NCBI RefSeq assembly: GCF_009914755.1
Contig: NC_060925.1
From: the human T2T-CHM13v2.0 reference genome, Homo sapiens
Strand: one strand, 5' to 3'
Length of the DNA: 64,000 bases
Under the pieces are notes generated by a model, which had not been told where the DNA came from, did no database searches, and was given only the letters and a program-made list of their open reading frames with translations. The position numbers were made by a program, and so were the translations under genes. Numbering within the stretch: position 1 is the stretch's first letter; each line of letters starts with the position of its first letter. Below are positions 51,479 through 64,000 of this stretch, piece by piece.

Positions 51479-52335
51479 ATATATATATATATACACACAC
51501 ACACACATATACATACACACACATTCCCCTGCATATATGTATATATATGTGTGTGTGTATATATATATAGTGTGTGTATATACACATATATATACACCCT
51601 GCATATATATATATCCTGCATACATATACCCCTGCATATATATGTGTGTGTATATATGTGTATATATGTGTATATATGTATATATATATGTGTATATATG
51701 TATATATATGTGTATATATGTGTATATATGTGTATATATATGTGTATATATGTGTGTATATATGTGTATATATGTGTATATATGTATATATGTGTGTATA
51801 TATGTGTATATATGTATATATGTGTATATATGTATATATGTGTGTATATATATGTGTATATATGTGTATATATGTATATATATGTGTGTATATATGTGTA
51901 TATATGTGTGTATATATGTGTATATATGTATATATATGTGTATATATGTGTATATATGTATATATGTTTATATATGTATATATATGTGTATATATGTATA
52001 TATATGTGTGTATATATGTATATATGTATATATGTGTGTGTGTATATATGTATATATGTATATATGTGTGTATATATGTATATATGTGTATATATGTATA
52101 TGTGTGTATATATGTGTATATATATGTGTATATATATGTATATGTGTGTATATATGTGTATATATGTGTATATATGTGTATATATATGTGTATATATATA
52201 TGTGTGTATATATATATACACACACACACTCCCCTGCTCAGTCGGATATCCATGTTTGTGTGTGTATACACACACACACACACACACACACACATCTGTA
52301 TACACATATAGATGTAGTGTGTGTATAAAATATAT
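51479..52335. repeat. Large compound (TA)n/(TATATG)n/(TG)n/(CA)n low-complexity array
   Basis: About 750 bp of TA/TG units to 52230, then a unique 25-mer, then a further TG/CA tract. Source of six spurious long ORFs. Confidence 0.97.
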
Positions 52336-52784
52336 GTATTTCTTATCTCATAGCAATGCCTTTGATTGTTCTCAGATATTAACTATCTTGAATGAGAAAC
52401 TGGAAATAATGGTTGACTATCAAAGTCATAACATGTTTGACATATGAAATATGAAACAGGTAATAAGGTGTTACACGATCAAGTTCCCAACAGAGAACAG
52501 AGACTTAAAATGTAGTATATGCTTGTGGTCTCATTACATAGGTTAAATGATTCTTCTGGAAAATGCATAGAATTTAGTTAAGAGTTGGTCAGAAATGTGG
52601 ATATTCAAGGAAGAAGATTTGTATGTTTAATTTATCAACCAGTAAATATATATTGCGTTTCTATTGTGTGCAAGGTTCTCATAAAATTGCGGGGAATCAA
52701 AAATATACTAGATACAAGCCCATTTTTTAGTAACTCAAAATCTATTGGGAAAAAATGGTACATATAATACAAAAAGAGCACACT

Positions 52785-52980
52785 ATAATTAGATTCAGAA
52801 TTCTGGGAATTACATATATTCTGTAACATTTAATCAGTTGTGTGACATTGGGAAATTAATTTAATCTATGAGAGAATGTTTATTCCCTTATAATAACGAC
52901 AAAAATAATTACACATATCTCATGGTGATTTTGTGAAGATTAAATATAGATATATATGAAACTACTAGCTCATACTAAGG
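52785..52980 (+). mobile_element. MIR
   Basis: cagttgtgtgacattgggaaattaatttaatct...tctcatggtgattttgtgaagattaaat. Confidence 0.7.
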
Positions 52981-53379
52981 TTTACCTGCTTGCTTGTTGC
53001 ATTGTTTAACTGAGGTATGAAGACTTAAATAATTCAAGAGTTGAAGAACAACTCAAGGCAGTCACCTAGTTGATGTCAGAGGGAGCATTTCCAAAGCAAA
53101 GGCTTCCAAAACAACAACAACAACAAAAATAAATAAATAAACAAACAAACAGTTCTTTATTTGGATTTTAGCGAATATGTGAGATTTAGAAAAATAAATG
53201 TAAAAAAATATTGCCAGTGGGGGAAATATTTGTCTGACTAAGGGCTATGACAAAAATTTAGAAAGACCAACTTAATTAGAATGGAGATACCATTGTGAAC
53301 CCCTGTAAGAGATAATAGTCTTCACTTTATGGAAATCTAAGGCAGAGAGCATTAATTTTAAATTTACAAGTGTATATAG

Positions 53380-56300
53380 TGAATGTATCCCAACCTTGGC
53401 TATCTACCAGAGTAACAGAACAATGGGAAAAGGGAATTATTTAGTATTTTGAGAGGTATTGGACAGAGCTGAAGCAAATATCAGCATAGTTCTTCTGTTG
53501 AGGAGGCCACTGAGAAATAGTTCTCTGGCTGCTGTCCACTGGGTGAGGGTTCATATGAGTCTGTGGACCCATGCTGTGTTTGCTTCCCTGTATTCAGAGC
53601 ACACAATTAAGATGGATATACTTATCAGCTAACAAAACCACTCTGGTTAGTGGACAAGAGTCAAGTCAAAGTTCCTAAAGCTCCAGCCACTAGTAAATCA
53701 GAGACAATAATGCATCATCAGTGGAATTAAAAATGTTAGTTCAACCCTCAAAGTCTTAAAAGTGGTAGGAGTAATGAGTGATTCCCACAATATCCCCATT
53801 CATCATATCAATATGGTTGCTGAAAAAGACAGATGAATCATGGTGTGATAATACATTATTATTAACTTAAATGAAGAGTAGAAAAGTTGCAGCTGATGTG
53901 CTATAAATGATGGTGCAGATCCACACTGCTCTGGCACTTGTCATGCAGCTCTAGATCAAGAGCTGCAATCAACAATCTTTTTCTGTAAAGGGCCACTTAG
54001 TAAATATTTCAGGCTTTGCAAGCCATATGGTCTGTGTCAACTCTGTCATTGTAGCACAAAATTAGCCATAGGCAATATGTAAATGAATGCAAGTGGCTGT
54101 ATACCAATAAACCTTTATCTGAAAAAATAGATGATGAGTCAGGTTTGTCCTATTGGCCATAGTGTGACAAACCCTGATCTAGAAAATATGGCTTTTCAAT
54201 TTCTATTAGTAAAGATGTTCATATATCTCTAAATGATGAAGCAAATCATTATCTTTCCCAGAGCTATTTTCCCTTTCCTGCTCTCTATAAAAAAATTTAA
54301 TCATTTTTACTTTTTGTATACTATCTCACCGAAACTAGAGATTTCCATGGTAGATAGGAATGTTATATGGTGTTTCTAATATGTCTCAATAGAGGTTGGA
54401 GTGCAAACCTCAAGGAGAAAACTACTTATCATATGAAAAGGAGATCCTGGTGTGCTCCTTGTGCCTAGTAGAGACTGAGTGCCTGGCTACAGACATCAAG
54501 CTGCACTAAAACTAGAACTGCCAATATAAGCTAGATATTGTCACTACCACCACAACGTAAGATAGGATATGCATATGATGAAAATGGTATACTTGAGATC
54601 AAACCAAAGGAGATCCAGAAGTCACTAATAATTTACTTGTTACTTGAAGAGGTAGCTTACATGGACAAATTACCTGTCTCTATTACACAGTTGTCCCTCC
54701 CTCAGACCCTACCAATGGTCTTGTCGACGTTCCCTGTTCAACTGAAAATAAAGAAAAAAAAATCCTGAGCCTAGTTTACAGATGAATTATCCTGGTATTT
54801 GAATGGAAGCCAGAAATGAATATTTTTACACACGGCTCCATAGGGGGTGGTCCTAAAGACACAGAAAACAGAAATCTTCCCAGTAGTAAGAATTTAAGCA
54901 ATATGCTTAGTCATTTCCTTTTACACAGGAAAAAGTAGTTGAGATGAATATACAGATTGTTGGGCAATGGTGAATGGCCTAGTTAGTTTGTTAACAGACT
55001 AGAATGGACAAGATTGAAAAGTATAGTAAAGGAGTTATGATGGAGAGTAATGTGAATGGGACCTGAGTGTGAGTGGACCTGAAGTATGAAGCATTTTGTA
55101 TATCGCATCAAAGCCTACAAGAAAACATCAGCTACAGAGAAGATGCCGAACAACTAGTTAGATAAAAAAGACTTGTCCAGTAGATGTCATCCAGCCTCTG
55201 TCTTTGGTCATTCTATTGCTGGCTCAATTAACTAAAAAGTGGAGTATCATGGTGGCAGGGACAAAAGTTATATGGCCACAAAAGGTATAGACTCCCTTGT
55301 ACCAAGGCTTTTATTGTTCCAAACATTACTGAATGTCTGAACTTTTCAGCAGCGGAGAACCACTTGGTGCTATGTTGTATACATCAAATCTCTTCTATCA
55401 TGAACAAATCAGTGATTCATTGTTGGTGCAACAGTTTTTCACTCTGAAATAATGTTTTTCTTCCTTGCCTCAGCACTACTATCTAATTTCTGACAGATTT
55501 ACTAATGTCCCATACTAAATGATACTGCCCTTAACTAATGAAGTAATTGTATAGCAAAGGAGCTATAACAATAAACATGCACTCATGGGATTCACCAATC
55601 CTGTCATATAGCATATTGCCCAAAAATTCACACCCTGAATTTTGGAATAAATATTCAAAGATTCACTCACCTAAGATGAAAACTTGGAAGAGATATCTTG
55701 CCAGGTTGGAAAAATCTCCTCCAGGATAAGGTATTAACACTGAGTCAATAACAATTAGATGCTGTTTTGCATCCAGTAGCTAAAACATGTGAAACCAAGA
55801 ACCACAGGATAGAAATAGAAATGGCTGCTATCTTCACTCTCAGCAATCTACTTAGAGAACTTTTATTTGTCTTCCACGCAACATTAGGCTCTAAAGGTAA
55901 GTGAAATATTGGACTGTAAAGGCAGTGTCATACAATGGGGAATCAGGGGATGCGTCGACCAAAAGACACAGCAAGGGTTCCATTAAACCTAATGATATAA
56001 CTGATACTAAATCATTTTGGGCACCTCATGCCAGTAGGCCATCAGATAAAGTAGTGAACTACTGTCATAATAGGTCGGGTTGATGCTTTATAATAACAGC
56101 AAAGAGAGATATGTCTTGGAACTTAAGGGATACACTGGAGCATTGCCCAGTAACAATAGTTAAAATGCAATTATAGCCACCATAGCCAGATAAAAGCAAG
56201 GTGACTGAGATTCATAGCCCTAAGGGATAAAGGTTTGAGTCCACAAGGCAAGCAATCTAGGTCAGAAAACATGCTCCTGCGGATGAAGGTAATCTAGAAT

Positions 56301-56400
56301 AGGTGATAAAGGGTTAATACGAAGAATACCAATTATATATTTTAGATTAGTGGCAGCAACATGATTAGCTGTCTCTACCAGCCTTATAGTTTAAGATTTT
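53380..56400 (+). mobile_element. Decayed ERVL internal region (pro-pol; HERV16/ERV3-16A3-like)
   Basis: Degenerate DNA matches to ERVL peptides: WGKGN..RGLLD protease (~53424), IPTISPF..IW..KKTDESW RT (~53780-53845), NY.SYEKEIL.C..LVETE RNase H (~54420), (W)FTD (~54775), integrase-like sequence downstream. No open frame. Confidence 0.8.
53957..54176 (+). mobile_element. MER58A-like hAT-Charlie MITE
   Basis: tttttctgtaaagggccacttagtaaatatttcaggctttgc...ggccatagtgtgacaaaccctg; hAT-type target CTCTAGAT / ATCTAGAA on either side. Confidence 0.85.
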
Positions 56401-56493
56401 TAAAAAAATATATAGATTGTAGCTAGCCATCTGCATGGAGTACCAGCAACAAGTATGTTCATTGTGAGGCATGAGCAAATTTAGGAGGTATGA

Positions 56494-57286
56494 GTGTTGG
56501 ACAGCAGCAGTTCTTTAGATGCCTCATATCACTTCCCTTGATATACCCGAGTTTACCTGAAGTTGTGGTTTCTGACACAGAAACACTCATTCTCGGACCG
56601 ACAAGAGCTTGTTTCACAGTAATGTGATACAGCCTAGAGTGGCAGGGATGGAGAAGATGTGCCCAGAACAATCTACCACGGATGGAAGTCTGTGCATGTC
56701 CTAAGCTCCCATTGCCTGGTAAGGTAATTCTGAGGCATGTTACAGTTTCTCAGAAATTCCCCCAAAGAGATTGAGCTACAGTTGGTAACAGTGACACATC
56801 ATTAATTAATGCACATTTTATTGGCTTTTCTCTCCTGAGCCTCTTTTCATTTTCCCTCTTTTTTTGTGGGGAGATGCTTTTTTTTTTCTTTTTTCTTTTT
56901 TTTTTTTGAGACGGAGTCTCGCTCTGTCGCCCAGGTTGGAGTGCAGTGGCGCGATCTAGGCTCACTGCAAGCTCCGCCTCCCGGGTTCACGGCATTCTCC
57001 TGCCTCAACCTCCCAAGTAGCTGGGACTACAGGCATGCACCACCACGCCCAGCTAATTTTTTTGTATTTTTAGTAGAGACGGGTTTTCACCGTGTTAGCC
57101 AGGATGGTCTAGTTCTCCTGACCTCGTGATCCGCCCGCCTCAGCCTCCCAAAGTGTTGGGATTACAGGCGTGAGCCACCGCGCCCGGCCCCCGGAGAGAT
57201 ACTTCTTAAGATTATTTTCTAAGTGAATTACCTGTGTTAAAACCTTTGTTTCAAGATTTGCTTTTGACAAAACCCTATATAAGTCA
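56494..57286 (+). mobile_element. LTR16-family (LTR16C-like) 3' LTR of the ERVL, interrupted by AluY
   Basis: taattctgaggcatgt, gagattgagctacagttg, tttattggcttttctctcc; ends tttgtttcaagatttgcttttgacaaaaccctatataagtca. Start approximate. Confidence 0.65.
56878..57189 (-). mobile_element. AluY
   Basis: Full length, ends gagccaccgcgcccggcc; degenerate TSD ggggagatgctt / ggagagatactt. Confidence 0.97.
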
Positions 57287-60200
57287 GAGAGTATCTCAAA
57301 ATACATAAAGTACAAGTTAAATGCATGTAGTAATATGAATGTATACATACATATAACAAAGCCAGTTACATCACTTCATATGGATACTGAGTATATGCCC
57401 TCTTCTCAAAGCCAGGTCTTGCCCAGAAGTGTGTATTAAAGGAATACGTGAATCTTCCTCTGATCCTCACAATAGGAAACATACTAAAACTCTTCCAACC
57501 CATAATGAATATAGACATGATATAATTAGATCAGCAAATCAAGCAGAGAATTTAAGTTGTAAATGGAAGACAATTAAAATGGCTCACATTATTCATGCTG
57601 AGAAACTGATCCTAGACAGCACTTGGCATTGCAAGGATTGTTATGAGATAAAAGGGCAAACAGCCTGCACAGTCTGACCAATATTACATTCACCAACATG
57701 TTCTTGGAAGAGCTTTTAAGAGAGGAAAATTCAACCTACAAAATTAAACAGTGAAAAACTGGCTCCTTCTGTTTAAGCAGAAAATAATTTGTTTATAAAT
57801 TTTAAAAGCTCTGAAATGTTAACTTATATGTACCATGGTTTACTAGGCACCAGGAATAAGTTAAATGCTTGTACATGTGCACGTGAACTGAAATAATGCG
57901 TGAAAAACTAAGTCTTTCCACATTTTGTGGAAACACAAGACCCAATAAATTGCTATTTTCTACCTATATACATGCTTTATAAAAGCCTAAAACTTCTCCA
58001 GTTGTCATGCTTTTGACATTTGAAAATTAATTTCAAAATAATTTGCAGTAAAACAAATGTCAAAAACGTACTGTTAATTAAAATAGAGAGGAAATAAAAA
58101 TGATAGAAATGAAGAGCTTAGAAAAGTCAAGAAAATGATTTAAATATGTGATATTTTCAAGTTGTTTGGTCCAATTTTATTTGGAATTTACTTAACTATT
58201 TTATTTTACCTGTCTTTTTCTTTGCACCGATTCTCATTCTTGTGATTCCCTTTTCTACAACCATGATGTTAAAAAAAAACTACTACATTTTTAAGTTAGT
58301 TGGTTTCTTTTAAAATTATTGTTGTTGTTTAGCTCTAAGTACTTTCCTTTGATGGCAGATATTGGGTGGCTGGAGGTGGGAGTAGAAAAGGGGTTTAGAT
58401 TAGTAACTTTATTAGGATGCAAATGCTATAGTAATAAGGCAAAGGGAAGAAAATGAAAGAAATATTGAAAACTGTACCTTTCTTTGTATCTAGTCTTTGA
58501 TTTAATTTATATTTTATAACAATTTCGGAAATCAGATTAAATTACTCGTAGTAAAAACATAACAGAATCATTATACTTGTGGTCTTCCAATCATTTAAAG
58601 TGCTATTATATTTTTATTAAAACCCAATAGTTTGCACCAAGTAAGCAAACTTTATAGAAAGAAAGTTATCTTTTATGTTACTTGCAAAATAAGAAATTAT
58701 AAAAAAAAGTTATCTGGACTTTGTTTTAAGCTACTGTCCAGAGTTAATGTTTTGGCTAATATACATCTCCATAAATGTATCAAGTTATTAATATCACTGT
58801 ATGTTTCATATTGGAGAGGGATTAGGCAACCTCAGAAGAGAAGTATAGAATTATTGCTGAATATTAAATTTTATAAAGAAGCAAACATTTTCACTACTAA
58901 TAAAAAACAATGTGTCTACAAATGACACAATTCTTACAAGAATTATGTCTTAAATGAAGTGCCCTAGAGATACTCTGTCCCACCTCCTTGTTTTGCAAAG
59001 GAGGAAACCTGCCTTTGGAGGCATTTAATGACAATTCTTAACTAAGTAGCAGAAAAGTTAATACTAGACAAGACGTTTCTCAAATCCTTCCAACCTTACT
59101 GCCTTAAATGTAGCAAACAATCATGGTTTGCATATCAGACAGTAATAGTTTCTGGTTCCAAATAGGCAAGGAATAACATTAATTGAATAAGAAGGTATCA
59201 TTTTTAATGTGTAGGACATACTTTCTTTCTTTTTTTTTTTTTAGTAGAGGTGCTTCAGAGTTCCAGAACCATCCACATTTGACAAATAACTATAAAATGT
59301 TATTTTGCTTTCCTGAGCATGATTTTTAAGCAATCCTAAAAGTAATCTGTGAAAAAAAAAATTAAAGATGATTAAAATGTTCATGAAAATCTAAAGCAAT
59401 GTTAAACGCCGTTGCTCCTTAATAGTGTGGGATTCTAAAAGTATGACTCAATAGATTGTGAAAGAAAAAGACACTACCCATAGGAATTATTAATCTCCCA
59501 CATTGATATGATTCTTTTTCACTTCAAACTTTCAACTACTTCATCTTAACTTGTTTCACTATTTGCTTCTCAGAAGAGATGATGTTTAATTGAGATACAA
59601 CTTGCTTCTATATTAATATGACCTGGAAAAATTAGGTCAGATAATATCATTGGTGACACAAAACATGCTATTACCTGCAAACCCTAAATTTCTCAAAGGA
59701 AGAAAAGCAGTTTTCCTTAAGAGTCTCATTCTAGATCTAAACTTAGGTAATTTTTAAAGAAACAAATTGTTTTACCAAACTCCCATCTGTCTTTTCTCTT
59801 GGTTCCAGTAAAGAGTGTTTCCAAGTTAGGATTATGTAAACAGCCTCTTTTCTAGGGTACTTGGGACCTTCTCTGCTTTATTCTCAAGCCCTTTCTTCAA
59901 GTCCATCAAATGTTGCTTTCTTCAAGCTGTGTCTATTGCAGTTGATAAAGGAGATAACGCCAACACTTTTCTTAAAACTCAGATATCTCCTTAACTAGAA
60001 ATAGTAGGTAAGCAAAAACTGAAAAGAACCTCTAATTGCCACCTGGCAAAGGGAAGAAAGGCAGTTTATTTATTTTTTAATCACAACCAAAACAAGTTAG
60101 AAAAAGTCATTCTTTTTACTTTCTTTTGTATATCCTCAGGAAAAATGACATAACAGATGTCAGCGCAAAACTAAACAACTATTGAATTATAAGTAGCAGT

Positions 60201-60401
60201 GAATCAAAAAAAAAAGAATGCTTACATGTATGCATACGTGTATATATGCATGTATAAAATATTAAATTGGGAGGAAACTTTAGTAAAAGAGATAAAATAT
60301 TTTCTCTATTTCATCACTGTGGCTAAAGCCAAATCACATTGGATTTAATTCAATTATGTCTATATTTATAAATAGAGTTATATGTATAATATTAATACTA
60401 A

Positions 60402-60773
<372 letters not shown>

Positions 60774-60910
60774 TGATATTTTATATTTTAATGTCTAATT
60801 GAATTTGAGATTGCTAAACTACAGCAAACTACAGCATTTGTCTTAAATGTTGCAAGGAAGGGTAAATTATAGATACACAAAACAACTGCAAACTAAGATA
60901 TAAAGTTATC

Positions 60911-61212
60911 TTTTTTTTTTTTTTTTAATACAGAATCCCATTTTGTCACCCCAGCTGGAGTGCAGTGGTGCAGTCTTGGCTCACTGCAGCTCAAACTCCT
61001 GAACTCAGGTGATCCTTCTGCTTCAGTCTCCCAAGTAGCTGGGGCTATAGCCTGAGGCATGTGCCACCACGCCGGCTATTTTTTGAAAATTTTTTGTAAA
61101 GACAGGGTTTCGCCATGTTGCCCAGGCTGGTCTCAAACTCCTGGGCTCAAGTGATTTGCCTGCCTCAGAGTCCCAATGTTGAGATTACAGGTGTGAGCCA
61201 TCGTGTCTGGCC
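60911..61212 (-). mobile_element. AluJ
   Basis: cactgcagctcaaactcctg, gccatgttgcccaggctggtctcaaactcctgggctcaagtgat. Confidence 0.93.
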
Positions 61213-63542
61213 AAAGGGATAAGGGATCTTTCTTAAAGGTTTATGAAACTTGTTATAGCCCATTTAAGAAAAAAGTTACTAACAATATAATAAATTGGTC
61301 TCTTTTGATTTTTAGGAATTTGTGTATTTACCTATGAATCTCTCTCAGAACTGATAGTACATAGCTCATAAAATAATCGCAGTGAAATAACTTGGTGATA
61401 TAAGGTATTTGATAAATAATTAGAAAAATTAAGAATATTCATGTCTTAAATATATGAGAGAGATATATTGAGCTCAGAATAAAAACAGATAATTAGCTTT
61501 ATAATGTTTGTAATTTTACATATTTTTATTCATATTTACAAATTTTAGCATGATTATATGACCTACACATTCACAAGAAAATATCATTGGACTTAAACAT
61601 CTCTGCTTATAAAAAGATTGACTGTAGCATTTGATCTAACACTAAATCATTTTTTTATAAAGCCACATATGTGTGCTACTTTAGAAATGTTTTAAAAGTT
61701 TGAATCTCATTACTAAAGTTGCACACAGCAAAATGTAGTTTCCTTGTCAAATTCTTGCAGAGAATGTGGTCCCTGGAATGTTCGGGGCTGTAGGAGGAAA
61801 ACAGTTCAAAATTTCTGTTATTCACGAGCTCTACTGTAACATCTGCTCCGAGCTAAAACCTCCCACATAGAAGTAATGGTAATGGATGAAAGGAAGAAAG
61901 TAGCAGAAAGGTCCATTGACTGCCATTCAATTTACTGAAATTGCCCACTTAGAATACTTATTTAGACATTACAAGCTTCACTTTCTCCAGTGCGTAGCCT
62001 GAGTGCCCTGAGCTGCATAAGGTGCAGGAGCTATCTCCCTCCATGCTGCGCTTTCAGGAAAGGTATAGACTACACAACTTAAGAAAACAGGTGAACAGCA
62101 TGCAGGCAGGAGCCTGTGATACACAGCGGCCATGCCTAGATTTATACGCTTGTCAGGAGGGTTGAGGTGAAGATGTTGGCAGAGGGAGTACCTTAAGGGC
62201 TGGCTGTCTCACTGTTTCATTTGTGCAAGCATCTGGCCTTTCCACATGCTGAAAGCCTGGCTAAAGGAATTACATTTCTCATGAAACATCTCTCTAACGG
62301 CCACATTTATTTATTATTCTCTTTTAAAGTAATTTTCAGTTTGTTTGTTATTGTGAGTAATCTGGAAAATTAAATAATATATCTTGATGTTCTTTAAAAT
62401 ATAAGACTGCCTTTAAAGTTCATGCAATACTGTTGAAAAATAGAAGGATTAAGATCCTCCATGTGTGAAGTAATTTAGCTGGAGAATATCATTCTCTTCT
62501 TAAAGAACATAATTCTCTAGGCTGATAGTAGCTTTTTTGTAACAATACAGAGTATTGTGAATTTAAAGGACTGTGCAAAATAAAAAAAAAAAAAGCATTT
62601 GAAGCTAAAATGATCCATTTTCCTCTCATCCAAAGTACACATAAACCATAGATAACAAATATCAGTGCCTTGGTTATGCAGCAAAATTAGTCTGAGAAAA
62701 CCTAAGTGTGCAAAATACACTTTAATTTTTTTCACATAATTGTCATGCTTTTTGTGTTATGAATGTAGAAAATCTATGCCGTTTTCCTTGGTTACTAAAT
62801 ATGCTGTAAACTGTCTTATTCACATTTACTTCGATTTCAAGTAACAGGCATGTATTTGGGGCTGGCATAAACAAGGAGATAATATATTGGACTGTTACTA
62901 AGATCCCAGCTAAAGTTACTCAAACCTTTGAATTTTAAATAAAATTTTTCTGAGTACTGTATCCCATAATCTGTGGGCAATCCAACATCCTCACCAATAT
63001 ATGAGAATTTTTAAAGTTTAAACAGACTCCATGTCCTTGCATCTATTTAATTCTCAGTGTAACTCACAGTTTCTCTCCTCCTCTCTCTCCCCCTCACCCA
63101 CACCCTCCTCAGGGCTCACACAGATGTTTAACTTCACCCCTTTAATTTTCTCAAAACAGACAAACAAACAAGCCAGGCATTCATAAATACTGTGATATTT
63201 TATGATGTGGTAGACTTTATAGAAGTTTGGGGCTACATTAGGGGTTAACTTCACAGCAACACTAACAGTTATAAATATTAGATGCCTCTACACATAAAAG
63301 TCACTTAGTCACACAAGCATGAGGCCCAGCTTCTCTCACTCAAGACTTTCTCACCTTCGTATTTCCCTTACTTCATTAAGCAGAATAATTGAGCTCAGTA
63401 CCTTCCACTCAGCTCTAGGGCTTACCTTTGTATAAATGTGCCCTGATAAAGCACAGCCACCTATGACTTATTTCTATCCGTGTCTTAAATGGAAAGTAGC
63501 AACATGATAATTTACCTTCTCACTGATATCGCTAGTACTCAT

Positions 63543-63935
63543 TGAAAGGTAGTCATTAGTGCTGTCCCTGATATATGTCTGATTTCCCTTCCTTCTGAGC
63601 ACATGAGTGGGTTGTACCTCCCGGCCCTTTTGTGATTAGATGGAATGGTGTAACTAGTATTGAAAAATGAGTAGTGAGCTATACATGTCACTTTTGAGCA
63701 GGAGCATTTAATTGTCAGTATGAGAACCTCTTCCCTCTGGCAGGAAGGCAGCAGTGTTTGTGATGCTGGGTGCCTCAGTGTACCTGGGTGACTATGTAAA
63801 GGAAATACCTCTGCTGACCCCTGGTAGACATGGTTGAATAAGTAAAAAATAAGCCATTTTGCTATTAGGTGATGGATATCTTAGAATCCTTTGTTATCAC
63901 AACAAAAAAAAAACCTATTAATAAATGACTTTACT
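63543..63935 (+). mobile_element. MLT1I/J-like MaLR LTR
   Basis: tgaaaggtagtcattagtgctgt, gcacatgagtgggttgtacctcccggccc, ggagcatttaattg, tttgttatcacaaca. Confidence 0.75.
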
Positions 63936-64000
63936 CACTATTACTCTGCAGTTATACAAAGAGGACACCTTCAGTTTCTGTAATGTATTTGATCTTCCTC

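Noticed and set aside
51388-52447. Six long ORFs (245-327 aa) rich in Y/I/H/T or V/Y/M/C
   Set aside because: Translations of the TA/TG array, which lacks stop codons in all frames.

Overview
AT-rich primate (almost certainly human) genomic DNA. The only protein-coding sequence I can support is the 3' half of RGS18 on the + strand: a 167-bp internal exon (9938-10104) and the last exon (CDS 12943-13200, 3'UTR to about 14517). Bases 1-9937 are the preceding long intron. Everything after about 14.5 kb looks intergenic (from memory, the 1q31 RGS cluster toward RGS21). It is filled with interspersed repeats: MIR/L2, old L1M pieces, MaLR solo LTRs, a two-LTR THE1 provirus, a ~10.5-kb nest of L1s containing two 5'-inverted insertions, a near full-length Tigger2, a decayed ERVL pol with an LTR16-type 3' LTR, and ten Alus. 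I found no rRNA, tRNA, CRISPR or prokaryotic-type system, and no convincing new multi-gene system. Nearly all ORFs in the track are repeat or low-complexity artefacts. Best leads: (1) the Tigger2 right end is replaced by a fold-back inverted duplication enclosing ~750 bp of TA/TG repeat; (2) a GC-shifted island in the RGS18 intron has antisense TATA/branch/acceptor/donor architecture; (3) an older L1 fragment sits inside a younger MSTA LTR; (4) two neighbouring AluY share private variants and one has an atypical mutation spectrum; (5) a GATA+MARE candidate enhancer lies 3' of RGS18. Repeat subfamily names come from recalled consensus sequences, not a RepeatMasker run.
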